A stretch of DNA of 64,000 nucleotides, from the NCBI GenBank assembly GCA_030264375.1, contig JASCQW010000148.1, forward strand, positions 20,247,622-20,311,621, written 5' to 3'. Numbering within the stretch: the stretch's first letter is position 1; each line of letters starts with the position of its first letter. Made by a program: the position numbers and the translations under genes. Shown here piece by piece: positions 1-12,070 of the stretch. This DNA comes from Carcharhinus longimanus. Taxonomy: Eukaryota. The notes beneath the pieces were generated by a model. It was not told the DNA's origin. It searched no databases and saw nothing but the letters and a program-made list of their open reading frames with translations.

Positions 1-298
1 ACAGGACAGTAAGTGAGATTTTACAAGCCCAGGCAAGTCATGGGGGTTACAGATAGTGTGACATGAACCCAAGATCCCGGTTCAGGTCATCCTCATGTGT
101 GCGGAACTTGGCTATCAGTCTCTGCTCAGCAATTCTGCGCTGTCGTGTGTCGTGAAGGCCGCCTTGGAGAACGCTTACCCAAAGATCAGAGGCCAAATGC
201 CTGTGACCGCTGAAGCATTCGCCAACAGGAAGGAAACAGTCTTGCCTGGTGATTGTTGAGCGATGTTCGTTCATCCGTTGTCGTAGCATCTGCATGGT
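1..298 (-). mobile_element. Penelope-like element, GIY-YIG endonuclease C-terminal fragment
   Basis: ORF 47..295: LRQRMNEHRSTITRQ..LPVGECFS..H.ASDLWVSVLQGGL..RQRRIAEQRLIAKFRTHE.DLNRDLGFMSHY, typical of a PLE GIY-YIG domain. Confidence 0.85.
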
Positions 299-299
299 C

Positions 300-1090
300 T
301 AAACCACAAAATCATTTGTACAAATTAACAGTTGTGACCCAAACACTAATCCTTGTGGTCCTTCACTGTTCTTTACTCAGAACAGAGCACAAGAAATAGA
401 AGCAGGTATAGGCCAGAATGACCCATTTATTCCTACTCTGTTTCCTGTCTGTTAACCAATTCTGAATCCATAACAGGATATCACCCTTATGTTCTAATCT
501 TGTTTATTAGCCTTCTGCGTGGGATCTTATCAAAAGTGTTCCGAAAATCCAAATAGGTAACATCTACTGGTTTTCCTTTAGCTTTGCTGCAACTAACATC
601 TCCAAAAAAAAACTCCAACAGGTTGTAAAACATGATTTACCTTTCATAAATCCATGTTGACTCTGCCCAATCATTATTTTTTAAGTGTTTACTTACCACG
701 TTCTTTATAATAGATTCTAACATTTTTCCTCCTACTGGTGCCAAATGAACAGGTTTGTAGTTCTCAGTTTTCTCTCTCCTTTCCTTCATAAATATTGCAG
801 TTACATTTGCTATTTTCAAGTCTGCAGGAACCTTTCCAGAATCTACAGAATTTTGAAAGATAACCAACAATGCATCTAATATCTTTACAGCCACTTCCAT
901 CAAAATTCTTGAGATGTAGCTTAATCAGGTCAAGGGGATTTACCAACCTTCAATCGATTAATTATTGCATATTACCAGCTCCTCATTTTCACTAGTCTCT
1001 TGATTCCCTAGTATTGCTGAGTAATTTTTTGTATATTCCTCCGTGAAGACAAACAGGAAGAAATTATTTAGTTCTTGCGCCATTTCTCCA
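300..1090 (-). mobile_element. CR1 LINE ORF2 fragment
   Basis: LLVIFQNSVDSGKVPADLKIANVTAIFMKERREKTENYKPV..VGGKMLESIIK, degenerate. Confidence 0.85.
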
Positions 1091-2639
1091 TTATATATTC
1101 TCCTATTCTTTCCTTCATCCTTCTCCCTCTCTGCACCTCTAGTGCTCTCTAAGCTCTTGCACTCCCCATGTTTCTGTTTTCTTCGTGTTCTGCTCCCTGC
1201 ATGTCTTTGCTCTTATTTTATTTACCCATTACTCTTGTTCTCCTACTCCACCCCTAGTGCTTTCTCCAATGCTCTGCTCTCTGTCTGTCCCTCTCTCTCT
1301 CTGGGCTCCTGCTTAAGGTGGTTAGCCTATGTAGTGAGGAACAGGCACACTCACTTCACTGTTATCTGTAAATAAATTTCTATTATCTTAAAAGCAGTAT
1401 TAAAACACTATTTACAAACAGTATTGTCATCTTGTGATCATTTAATCATATTATTACTTAGATGGGGCATCGATGATTACTTATCCATTTGAAAAGGGGT
1501 TCTTCATTCAAAATGTGAGAGAACCAATGTTCTAGTACATACTCTATCCCAGAGTGCCTTTATTATAACTCGTGTGTATCTATCGTATTTAGGGATGTTT
1601 TCCACTTCTTCCTTGTTTTTGTTTGTTTCAGCACCTGAGTTTGTGTTTTAATCAGCTGGCCTTTACACTGTAGCCAGGCCTAAGTATCAAGCCATAAACA
1701 CCGAACACAATGTCCACTTAACTGCTTTTAGTGGAGGTTATTCTCTGCCAAAAGGATGATGGCCAAAAGAGGTGTACAGCATGTTTTGTGAGCACCACAT
1801 CTATAGCAACAAACCTGAGTGCAAACAATAGGGGCAGTGGATGGGAAGCAGTCACAATCTGTAATTATAGCAGCAGCTACGATTTATAATGATGTACTAT
1901 CTTAACCCCATACCCACCACAGAAACAGCCTTGAGTCTACAAAGATTTATTTGAGCTTGGCATGGGAATCTAAACATCTGGTACTCCTGATATCTGTGCA
2001 GGATTTCAGGAAACTAGCCTTTCTAAAACCCTTACCCTTCACTCACAGGGACAGTTCCCTCTGCAGTTCATAAATTGGGACTTTCAATTGGATAAAATTA
2101 GATTAATCAAATAGAAATACTCAATCCTTGGATTGACTATTATTAAAGTGAAAGTCCTTTGTCAGTTTACAGAAAGTTGTTAAAGAAATATGCTTAGTCT
2201 TTCGATTTCTGTTTTACAATATTGTGTCTTAGCTCTTTCACAGAGATAAACCCACAGACAAAATGATCCTCAGCAGCAGAAACCTGATGTTTGCACTTCC
2301 ATTTTATTTTTTGCAAAGTCAAGTCAGTGCAAACTGTTCATTTAGATTTATTTTTTCATTATTATTACCACACCACCTCCCCACCACCACCCTCACTTTG
2401 TGTTCTCAAACTGTGCAATATTTTGTTGTGTCTCCCTCCCTTTGCTGCTTGGTAACTGGTTACTACAAGATGCTTCCCTTTACTCACAACTATGCAGTCC
2501 AACCAGCCAGTTTCAAACACTAATTCCATTCCCTCACCTACTCGCAACAACTGGTGTCTAAATCTCATTTTTAAACCACATTATCTGTCTTCACTGCCAC
2601 CCTAGGTAGCTGTTTCCATGTGTTAAACACATTGTGTAA

Positions 2640-2965
2640 ATCATAGAATCCCCATAGTGCAGATGGATACCATTCAGCCCATTGAGTCTGCACCGACAAC
2701 AATCCCACCCAGGTCCTATCCCCATAACCCCACATATTTATCCCACAAACCCCTCTAAATCCTGGGATACTAAGCGGCAATTTAACATGGCCAAATCAAC
2801 CTAACCCACACACCTTTGGACTGTAGGAGGAAACCGAAGCACCCGGAGGAAACCCATGCAGACACAGGGAGAATGTGCAAATTCCACACAACACTGACCC
2901 AAGCCAGGAATTGAACCCAAGTCCCTGGAGCTGGGAGGCAGCAGTGCTAATCACTGTGCCACCCA
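2640..2965 (-). mobile_element. HE1-type tRNA-derived SINE
   Basis: Reverse complement reads ggcacagtgattagcactgctgcctc...gggttcaattcc...gtggaatttgcacattctccc...gattctatga (A/B boxes, conserved core, CR1-like tail). Confidence 0.85.
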
Positions 2966-3214
2966 TATAGTAAATATAAAACTATTTGTGAACATCCCTC
3001 TAAAGTTGAGATCCCTAGTTCTAGAATTTATGGAAATATTCAATGCACTTTTGAGGTTCAATTTATGTTTACTTAAGTATATTGAGCTCTATCTTTTCAA
3101 GACTAAACAATCCCTAGATTCTAATATCTCTTTTCTCAGAAGTCAGGGATCTTAAACTGGTTTATCGTTTCGGTTGCTGTGTTCTGCTATGCATCAATTC
3201 CTCAAAGAACTGCG

Positions 3215-3575
3215 ATGGGGCACAGTGGTTAGCACTTTAGCACTGCTGCTAGCACTTTAGCACTGCTGCCTCATAGCACCAAGGGCCTAGGTTCAATTCC
3301 AGCCTTGGTGATGGTCTGTGGAGTTGCACTTCTCCCAGTGCCTTAGTGGGTTTCCTTCAGGTGCTCCTGTTTCCTTCAACAGTCCAAAGATGTGCTGGTT
3401 ACATTGATTGGCTATAGTAAATAGCCTCTTAGGGTCCCAAGATGTTTGGATTGGGGGGGGGGATTAGCGAGGTAAATATGTGGGGTTATGGGGATAGAGC
3501 CTGGGTAAGATGCTCTGTGGGAGAGTCAGTACAGACTCAATGTGCTGAATGGTTTTCTTCTGCACTGTAGCAATT
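3215..3575 (+). mobile_element. HE1-type SINE with internal duplication in the tRNA head
   Basis: ggcacagtggttagcactttagcactgctgctagcactttagcactgctgcctca...ggttcaattcc...cagtccaaagatgtg. Confidence 0.85.
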
Positions 3576-4374
3576 TTTTATGCCAGTCAATGTAAATCCA
3601 AGTCTTACCATGCAGTATCAGGGCATCTTCTAATACTTCATCCACAACAGATGTTGGTCCCACCATATCCATAGTTTCCTGGATCATCATGAAGTTTGGA
3701 AAGTAACCAACATAAGGTATTGTTTGCAGTCTCGCTGCTATGCTGGGGATAGCCTCAATGTCTTCTTTTCATTTAAATTTCTCAATGGTCACTGTATCTA
3801 ATTTCTATTTCCTTTAGAAATTTCACTATTGCCTCAAAGTGCAGCCTCTGTGTTGGGGAAGATGAAATTCCAGGACAAAAAGAACTATTAAAGATCCATA
3901 ATCTACTTCATGAATACAGATGAAGAGTACATTTGTTACCCTTTGGTCATATGCTGTTAACTCACTTTTGAGAGCCTCCAATTGCTTGCAATTTCCTTTC
4001 TAAATGCTCACTGCAAGTATATTTGAAGGTTTTTGACATTTTAATTTCTCTAGCTTTCCTTACCAAAATTTTTACATCATAGATTTCCTTTTTTTTTTTA
4101 AAAACAGTTGTTTTATTTTTATATTTGTTTCATTTCAAAAAAATGTAGCATTAAACTTTATTAATGATCTTTGTTTTGCTCCTACTTCCCTCATTAGTCC
4201 AATATTGCCAATATGGTCTTTACCTTATTTCATCCTTCCTCCCCTTGGTCTTTACAATCTCCAAGCATGCTCTTCTCTTTTCTACTTTCCCCGTACACTT
4301 CTACTTTGGTTGTGTCACATCCATATTTCACCAACACGTTTCATGAATGTGGTTAATCATTTTTTTTGGCAGTT

Positions 4375-5610
4375 CCTCAGGGTCAAGGATGACTTGCTTT
4401 CCCTCCAGTGAGGTGGGTTCTGCGGTGATTGAATAGTCCAACCCTGAAGCCACAGACTCTGCGATAGGTTTGGCAGGCAGTGCTTGATGAGGTAGGTGGA
4501 TGGGATGTGATGTAACCAGATTCTACGCTGTCTTTCTGCTGTTTACATTTGGCCTCTGTGTGCTCCACCCGATGATGCTCGAGGTGATTGGTGCCTTCGC
4601 AGATGCTCCTTCTCCAGGTTGTGTGTTCTCAGGCAAGCAATTCCCATGTGGGGATGTTGCATTTATTTAGGGAGGCTTTCAGAGTGTCTTTGCATCATTG
4701 CCGCTGCCCTCAGAGATCACTTGCCATTGCAGAGCTCAGAGTACTTGTTTCAGCAGTCTTGTGACGGCCATGTGGACAATGTGGCCTGCCCATTGTAGTT
4801 GGTAACGTGCGACCAGCACCCTAATACTAGGGATATTGACTTGAGAAAGGACACTCATGGTGGTATGACATGGTGGCACAGTGGTTAGAACTCCTAACTC
4901 TCAGCGCCAGGGACTGGGTTCAATTCCGGTCTTGGGTAACTGTCTCTGTGGAGTTTGCACATTCTCCCAGTATGCGTAGGTTCCTCCCAGAGTGGGGTGC
5001 TCCAGTTTTCTCCTACAGTCCAAAGATGTGCAGGTTAGGTCAATTGGCCATGGTGAATTGCCCCTTAGTTTCCTAAGGTGTGTAGATTACATGAATTAGC
5101 CATGAGATATGGCAGAGTGATGTGGTGGGCCTGCTAAGATGCTCTCAAAGTCAGTGCAGACTTGATTGGCTGAACGATCTCCTTCCGCATTGTAAGGATT
5201 CTAAGATTCCTGCCAGTGGATTTTGCAGAGGCAGTGTTGGTGATACTTCTGTCGGGATTTGAGGTGTTTGCTGTATATTGTCCATGTTTCTGATGCATAC
5301 ACAGCTCCCCACAGCTGGTGGAGTTAACCTACCAGACAAGCAGGAAACTGTTCAACCTCCGATGCCTCCAGACCAAACCCAAAATCACCCCTTCTGTCAT
5401 TCAGCTGCAGTACACAGATGACAACTGTGTGTACGCACACTCAGATGGCAAGCTAAACACCATCATTGACGCATTCACTGAAGCACATAAGAGAATGGGC
5501 TTCAGAGTAAACATCCAGAAAACAAAGGTTCTCTCCCAATCCGCTCCTGCCACACAAAACTGCACCCCAACCATCAAGATCCATAGTTAGCCCCTGGGCA
5601 ATGTGGATCA
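4375..5610 (-). mobile_element. RTE-clade LINE with inverted 5' segment, interrupted by an HE1 SINE
   Basis: Minus strand: YASETWTIYSKHLK..., QWAGHIVHM, VCGFRVGLFNHRRTH. Plus strand 5318-5610: FNLRCLQ..LQYTDD..NIQKTKVL (RT core). Confidence 0.8.
4868..5205 (+). mobile_element. HE1-type SINE nested in the RTE
   Basis: catggtggcacagtggttag...gggttcaattcc...gtggagtttgcacattctccc...gattctaagattc. Confidence 0.85.
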
Positions 5611-5613
5611 TAA

Positions 5614-5870
5614 GGGCAGCATGGTGGCACAGTGGTTAACACTGCTGCCTCACAGCGCCAGGAACCCGGGTTTGATTCCCGACTTCGGTCGCTGTCTGTG
5701 TGGAGTTTGCACATTCTCCCGGTGTCTGCATGGGTTTCCTCTGGGCGCTCATTTTTTCCCCCACAGTCCAAAGATGGTTGATTGGCCATGCTAAATTCTC
5801 CCTCAGTGTATCCAAACAGGTGCCGGAGTGTAGCAACTAGGGGATTTTTACAGTAACTTCATTAGTGTTT
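5614..5870 (+). mobile_element. HE1-related SINE
   Basis: gggcagcatggtggcacagtggttaacactgctgcctcacagcgccagg...ggggattttacagtaacttcatt. Confidence 0.85.
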
Positions 5871-6639
5871 TCCACCTTCTACATNNNNNCTTTTCCACAG
5901 GCACCAGTCATTATTATGGGAAAAAAAAATGGCTGTTTATCTTTCTAATTCCAGAACTACCACTGTTCCATTCTCACACTAAGTCCCCATTCACACACCC
6001 AGCATCCCAGTCACAATTCACATGTTGAGTGCCCTATTTTCATTCCCAGAGCCCTATTCAGTTCTTTAATCAGCTCCAGATTAACTAGTTTGCTAATGCT
6101 TAATGAATCATCTGAGGCTGTGGATTCAGGAACTGCAAGCAGTGTCTAAAGCAACGTGCCACTATTTCCCAACGTATAGCACATTGGTACACTAATCCAT
6201 TGTTCTACTGGCCAGGATCGTAATGTCCGAATCGTATTGGGTGAATGATTTACATGCTCAGTTTAAAATGTAATAAATAATTATTTCTGAATTCACATAG
6301 CACAACAAAAATGAACTTCAAACAGAAATGTTAAACTGCAAAGCTCCTGATGAAACAAATATTTGCATTTCAATGCAATGAAAATGAATGACTGAAGTTG
6401 GTCTATGCTGTTATCATTTGGAAGGTGACAGTGCATACTTTTACAATAATGAGATTCAAGAGATTTTGGGACTGTATCTTTAAATATTGGGTAAATGAAT
6501 AGGGATCTTGTAGACTGTTCTGCAGTCTGCCTCGCAGAATGCTTGGGTGATTTGACTGTGAGCGGGGCTCAGACTATTTTATTCAGAAGTAGATGCAAGA
6601 TATTTACACTATGAGAGAAGTCTACCTAGATACAAGGTT

Positions 6640-7327
6640 ATTATGTTTCGTGTTGCCATGAGAGGAGGGCAGAGGAAGTCATTTTTGAAATTAAGTTATA
6701 GGTTTCCCTACAAATCCATAAAAGTCACACAGAGTATTTTGTTTGGGGAGTTTTTCAGCCGTCTAAGAATCAGGGGGCAGATGGTAGAGGCAGCTAGTCG
6801 TGCATCTGAAGCAGAGAAAATGCTGACTCTACCGTTCACCACGTAGAAGACAAGTGGGAGCTGAAGCTCAGACTGAAGAAGCTGAGTCTCCAAGGATTTA
6901 AAGGAGGCTGGGAGATTTGCCTAATTGGGGATAAAGGGAAAGAATCTACAGTGTTACCCTTACAATGAAAGTCAGTTCTTTAATCAGAAGTTTTACAGCT
7001 GGGAAAGTGAAATGGAAAAAGTCATCGGGAGCAAAGAATAATTTTGAACAGATTCCTGGAGGATGAAGTTTCCTTCAAGGGACAGTAAGAAAGAACTATA
7101 GCAGGAGATTTTCAGATCTGCTAAAAGTTAAATGGGGCGTCCCTTTTCCGCTATTTAAAGTAGAAGTTGCCTACAAAAATACTAACGTTCAGCCAACAGT
7201 TTTGTCATTTGATACAGTAAAAGTTTAAAATCATGAAATATTAGTGGGTCATTCTTTCAGCCAACAACTGGAAGTTCAATTCTTCTTTCAGTTTTCTCGT
7301 CTGAATAGCTCTTAAGACCATTAAACA
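6640..7327 (+). mobile_element. Possible solo LTR
   Basis: Non-coding purine-rich block ending in ...aaaCA, organised like 20025-20966. No internal coding sequence or TSD confirmed. Confidence 0.25.
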
Positions 7328-7339
7328 ATGAAAGGACAA

Positions 7340-7745
7340 GTAATTACATAGCACTTTATCATGTTCCTCAGCACATCTCAAAGCACTTCACTCACATACT
7401 ATAAATTCTTTGCAACATAGCCAACTTTACAGTGTAGGCGCAGCCATTCTGCAAACAGCTAAGTCCCACATACAGCAATTAAACGAAAGCCCAGACAATC
7501 AGTTTCTGATGAGGAAGGAATGTTGGCCGAGACACCAATAGAGTTCCCTGTTCTTCATTCCATAGTGCCATCAGATCTTCAGCTTTCAGTTCCACGGGCA
7601 TTAATAATCCTTTACCTGATGAATGGCATCCTCTAATGCTACAAGGCCAAATCAGCTCTCCCTCACTGCAGCGTCAACAACGTTTGTGTTCTTAATTCTG
7701 AGTAAGGAGTTGAACCTGCAACCTTCTGACTCTGAATGAGAATAT
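7340..7745 (-). mobile_element. Deu-domain SINE (SacSINE/AmnSINE-like)
   Basis: Reverse complement has a tRNA-like head (caggttcaactcc), core ggccaacattccttcctca...attgctgtatgtgggactt...aatggctgc and tail gaagtgctttgagatg...ataaagtgctat. Confidence 0.6.
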
Positions 7746-7782
7746 TACCCAGTGGCCACGGTGCATTATCAATTCTCATCAG

Positions 7783-7909
7783 TGGCGGAATTTTACCGCC
7801 TCGCTCGCCCCAGAATCGGGTCGGGCAAGGCACACAGAACGGCATTCTCCATTGGCTTTGCGTGGGATCTTATGAGCCCTGGGTGGTCAAAGTTGTAAAA
7901 TACTGGCCC
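7783..7909 (+). mobile_element. Harbinger-type MITE (about 125 bp)
   Basis: TIR-like ends ggcggaattttacc / gtaaaatactggccc. Internal gggatcttatgagcc matches the reverse complement of 57012-57137. Confidence 0.65.
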
Positions 7910-8029
7910 AAGTCTCTAACCTTCTGCACCTAATTTGTAGCTTCTGAATATTGTTTGAGAACAAATAGAAGTATTAATGTTTACATTCCTCATCAGATAC
8001 AAGCAAGATACCAGGAGGATTAGCGATCT

Positions 8030-9300
8030 GAGAACATTAAGAGTGTGAGGGACAGGTCAAAAAAAATTATAAGTCAGTCAGTCTGACTTTGGTGATGGAC
8101 AAATTATTGGAATTCCGAAAGACAGGAAAAGCTATCACTTAGAAATGTACAGATTAATCAGGGGTCTTGGTCTTATTAGGGGAAGATCACATCTTATTAG
8201 CTCAATCAACTTTGTGAGGAAGTGACAATGGAGGATTGATGACAGTAGTGCAGTGGGTGTTATCTACATAGTAAGGCATTTGACAAGGTCCCACATAGCA
8301 GACAGGTTAGAAAAGTGAGATACCATGGGATACAGGGAACGTGGCGAGTTGGATCCAAAATTGGCTCAGTGACAGGAAACAAAGAGTAATGGATGTTTTT
8401 GTGAATGGAAAGCAGTTTCCAGTGGTATTCCACAGGGCCGTGATTGGACAGCACTTGCAGAACAACCCTAAGTATGCTAAGAATTATTTGAATACCCAAT
8501 TTAAGATCACGACTTGAACATTTTAGTGCGTTGGTATTTGCTGGAAGCTACATATATACACATGCAAGCACCTGTCCTCTGTGGGCAAAAGGAATACGTC
8601 TAGACATTGCACCTTCTTTGAATAAACAAGAGCATGGGGGAAACAATAGCTCCCTGGTGCATTCACCATAGCAACATCTTAACCATTCAAAGCCATTTGC
8701 TAACCAATCAGCACCCCTTTACTCATGCAGCATAAACTCTTGTTTCCTTTGAAATTTGATATTCTTGCATCCTAGTGAATGCAAGATGAAAATTATATAT
8801 TGTGTTAGAAGCAATTCAGAGGTGGTTCACCCAATTCATTCCTGGGATGAAAGATTGAACAGGTTGGGCTTATAAACATTGGAATTTAGATGAATGAGAG
8901 GTGACCTTATTGAAACAGAAGATCCTGATGGGAAATGATAGTGTGGTGCTGGGAAGATGCTTACTCTTGTGGGCGAAATTAGAACTAGGGCACACAGTTN
9001 NNNNNNNNNNNNNNNNNNNNNNNNNNNNNNNNNNNNNNNNNNNNNNNNNNNNNNNNNNNNNNNNNNNNNNNNNNNNNNNNNNNNNNNNNNNNNNNNNNNA
9101 CTCTTGTGGGCGAAATTAGAACTAGGGCACACAGTTTCAGACTAGGCGGTCTCTCTTTTAAGATGGGAGACGAGGATTGCTTTTTCCTCCGAAGTTGTTG
9201 TCTGTGAAATTCTCTTCCCCAGAAAGTAACGGAGGCTGGAGTTATTCAGAGCTGTGTTAGATAGATTTTTGATAGACAAGAGTCAAGGGTTTTGGGAGGC
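8030..9300 (+). mobile_element. CR1 fragments interrupted by a Penelope fragment and a gap
   Basis: aaggcatttgacaaggtcccacat (KAFDKVPH); atgagaggtgaccttattgaa (MRGDLIE); CR1 3' region. Confidence 0.8.
8440..8795 (+). mobile_element. Penelope-like 3' fragment (GIY-YIG C-terminus plus terminal repeat)
   Basis: IGQHLQNNPKYAKNY..QFKI...LLEATYIHMQAPVLCGQKEYV. Same family as 35630-36110. Confidence 0.7.
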
Positions 9301-9309
9301 GATGACCTA

Positions 9310-9640
9310 TTGGTATTATCACAAGACTATTAATCCAGAAACTCAACTAATGCTCTGGATACCTGGGTTCGAATTCCACCAGGGCAGATGATGGCATTTG
9401 ATTTCTATTAAAAAAAAAATCTGAAATTGAGAATCTACTGGTGACCAGGAAACCATTGTCAATTGTCAGAAAAACCCTTCACTAATGTCCTTTGAGGAAA
9501 GAAATGTGCTGTCCTTGCCTACATGTGATTTCAGAGCCACAGCAATGTGGTTGTCTCTCAATTGCCCTCCGAGGACAACTAGGGATGGGCAATAAACGCT
9601 GGTCAGCCAGCAATGCTCAAATCCCATAAATAAAAAAAAA
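9310..9640 (+). mobile_element. tRNA-derived SINE with CR1-type tail
   Basis: B-box gggttcgaattcc. Tail agggatgggcaataaacgctgg...cccat is shared with the LINE ends at about 47150 and 63950. Confidence 0.7.
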
Positions 9641-11256
9641 ATAAGGAAGGTGGAGTTGGGAGCAGGACCAGACCAGCCATATCTTATCAAATGGCTGAGC
9701 AGACTTTTCAGAAGCCCTATATCCATGACTTGGAGCAAAGCTGTGGCCTCAGCAGGCATCTTGTTAACAATTTTCTCTATGGTTCTAGCTTGCTTTACAG
9801 CTCCTCCATAAAGTTTTCATTGTTAAGGTTAATGGTGAACTGCAGTTTTTAGGCAGTGAAGATAACTATCACTTCACCAAAAGACTACAGTTGGCCTCAA
9901 TTCCATGTAAGAGTGTGCATTAAATTATCAAAGACCGATGTAAGATGTGTACTTCCAGTCTCCAAACTTCATTTCTTATTGTTGTCATTGTCGGTCAGGC
10001 AAATGTTAAACTATGAATCCGCTTAGGCCTGCATGCCGATTGCATCCTCATGTCAATAGTGTGCTGTAGGCCTCCTATTTCACTGCTTCTGAGCCTTAGC
10101 TAGACAAATGAAACATCATTTATTTATTCCAGACTCGTTTGCTCTGTTTTACAAACTGCTCATCAGCTAGAGAATTTTTTTTTTTAAAATGGTCCATTTT
10201 CTTCCTGAACCCTACTACTTTCAATTTTAGGCAGTCTGCAATTCCCCTGGGATTTGAAAGATAGTCTGGAGATCAGATTAACAAATTAATGTTAACGTAT
10301 TACTGTGTTGCTGATATCCATCCACGGTTTAGTTAGCTGATCCCTGAAGTGATAGGGCTCCTACAAAATGCATGAGCAGCTCTAATAGGAAAACAGATTG
10401 TGGTTCAAGTTAAAGACCGCAAACCAGCACTCCCTGCTGGAAGTGTAGAGACATGACCAGTATTGACCGTGATGGCCCTCAGGGTCAAATAGCTTGCCGA
10501 CAATCATCATCATGACAGCTGCTTGCATCAAGACCAACCCTTTCACAATGGCACAGGCATCAAAGGTGCCCAGCTCCCATGTCCTGGCAACTAACTTCCA
10601 GTAAAGAGTCCCCAGGTGAGAATAACCGAAGAGGAAGTTGGCCAGAAAGAAAAGTTAAACAAAGGATTACAGATCTAACCCCAATTTATTTTTCAGCGCT
10701 TTAGCAATGCCAGTATTTTACAATGTCTGTTGCAAAATCAAAGGGTGTCAATGGGACCTGAGCAAACACATTCATAGTTTTATTTACATTTTGAGAGACA
10801 GCCCTGTCTTTCAGCCTCAATGGCTATGGTAAATAAATTAAAGCAAATAAGCTTGCAGGCAAAACCTATATTTTCTCAAATTTATTGACTAGGAAAATAT
10901 ATTATTGACAAGGATAATAGTATCTGACTACACGTCTCTTGGTTTGGTTTATCAAAGCTGTCAACAGGGTATTTGCTTTCCGTGATAGAATCGGTTAAGT
11001 GGCTATATGACATACACTGATTTAGATTTGGGCTGAGATGAACATTTCCTCTCAGTGAGTACATTGTTACAGCAGGTTAAAGGTTACTGAACTGTGCTTG
11101 TAGGCTGTATTTTAAGATTGGTAAGGTAGTCAGTAGGTGTCAGTGGTCACGACCAGGTAATGAAAATTTCTGGTGACAAAAATGTTTTCAGTGAGAGGTC
11201 ATCGCAAAGTTAATTTCTGCCATTTTTTCCCCACTCTAAATTCGACATTTGAATAG

Positions 11257-11260
<4 letters not shown>

Positions 11261-11297
<37 letters not shown>

Positions 11298-11310
11298 TGT
11301 GCGTGTGCGC
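11261..11310. repeat. (GT)n microsatellite with GC-interrupted end
   Basis: Direct reading. Confidence 0.95.
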
Positions 11311-11839
11311 ATTGTGTGGGAAGGCTACAATTAATTTATTGGGTAACACAGTTGTTCAACCTAACTGATTTCAAAACAAAAAAAGGAATGTCTTTGTCAA
11401 TTGCTCAAAGTTGCAATTAATGTACACAGATATGTTTCTGCTATTTCCCCAAATTATTAAAGGGTAAAAAGATAAATTATGAATGCTAAAAATCAGAAAA
11501 TTTACCTTTCCAAGATCTTTTCTGATTTCCTATGTATTTTCATTACTTTTCCATTTATTAAAAAATAAAAACTGTTGTTGGAACTATTTCTGGATGAATG
11601 TTCACATTAAATTTCACTGCTTGTTACTTTAATAGAGGCATTTATTTTACATTTGTTAGCGTCTCCATTAATTTACAAGTGGAGAAGGCATCTAACATAG
11701 CCAAAAGGTGATTTTTTAACCAATAACGTTTATAACAATCTCACAAAGCAACAAGTCACTCTGGCCTAGAAACCAGTATATGCCCAAATAAAGGGGCTCA
11801 AGGAAATTAAGAGTTTAGGCCTCTTCAACATACTAAGCT

Positions 11840-12070
11840 GAAAGTGAAAGCTGCCAAAGTCCCAGAGGACCAGAGTCTGCTCTCCCCCTTTATGAGAGCG
11901 TGACTGGTGGTGATTTAACCTGAGGATCACCACTCCTCAGGCAAGGGGCACAGTTGGGAAGGTGGGGCCTTCATGAATAGCCTCAGTTGGTACGGGAATT
12001 GAACCCAAGCTGTTGGCTTTGCTCTGCATCATGGACCAACCGTCCAGCCAAATGAGCTAACCAACCACCC
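11840..12070 (-). mobile_element. tRNA-derived SINE
   Basis: Reverse complement ggttagctcatttggctgg (A box) ... gggttcaattcccg (B box). Confidence 0.7.

Noticed and set aside
8961-9137. Direct repeat actcttgtgggcgaaattagaactagggcacacagtt either side of a gap (similar cases at 48575-48700 and 58843-59003)
   Set aside because: Copies flank 100-N gaps exactly, so they are probably unmerged contig overlaps rather than biological repeats or CRISPR-like arrays.
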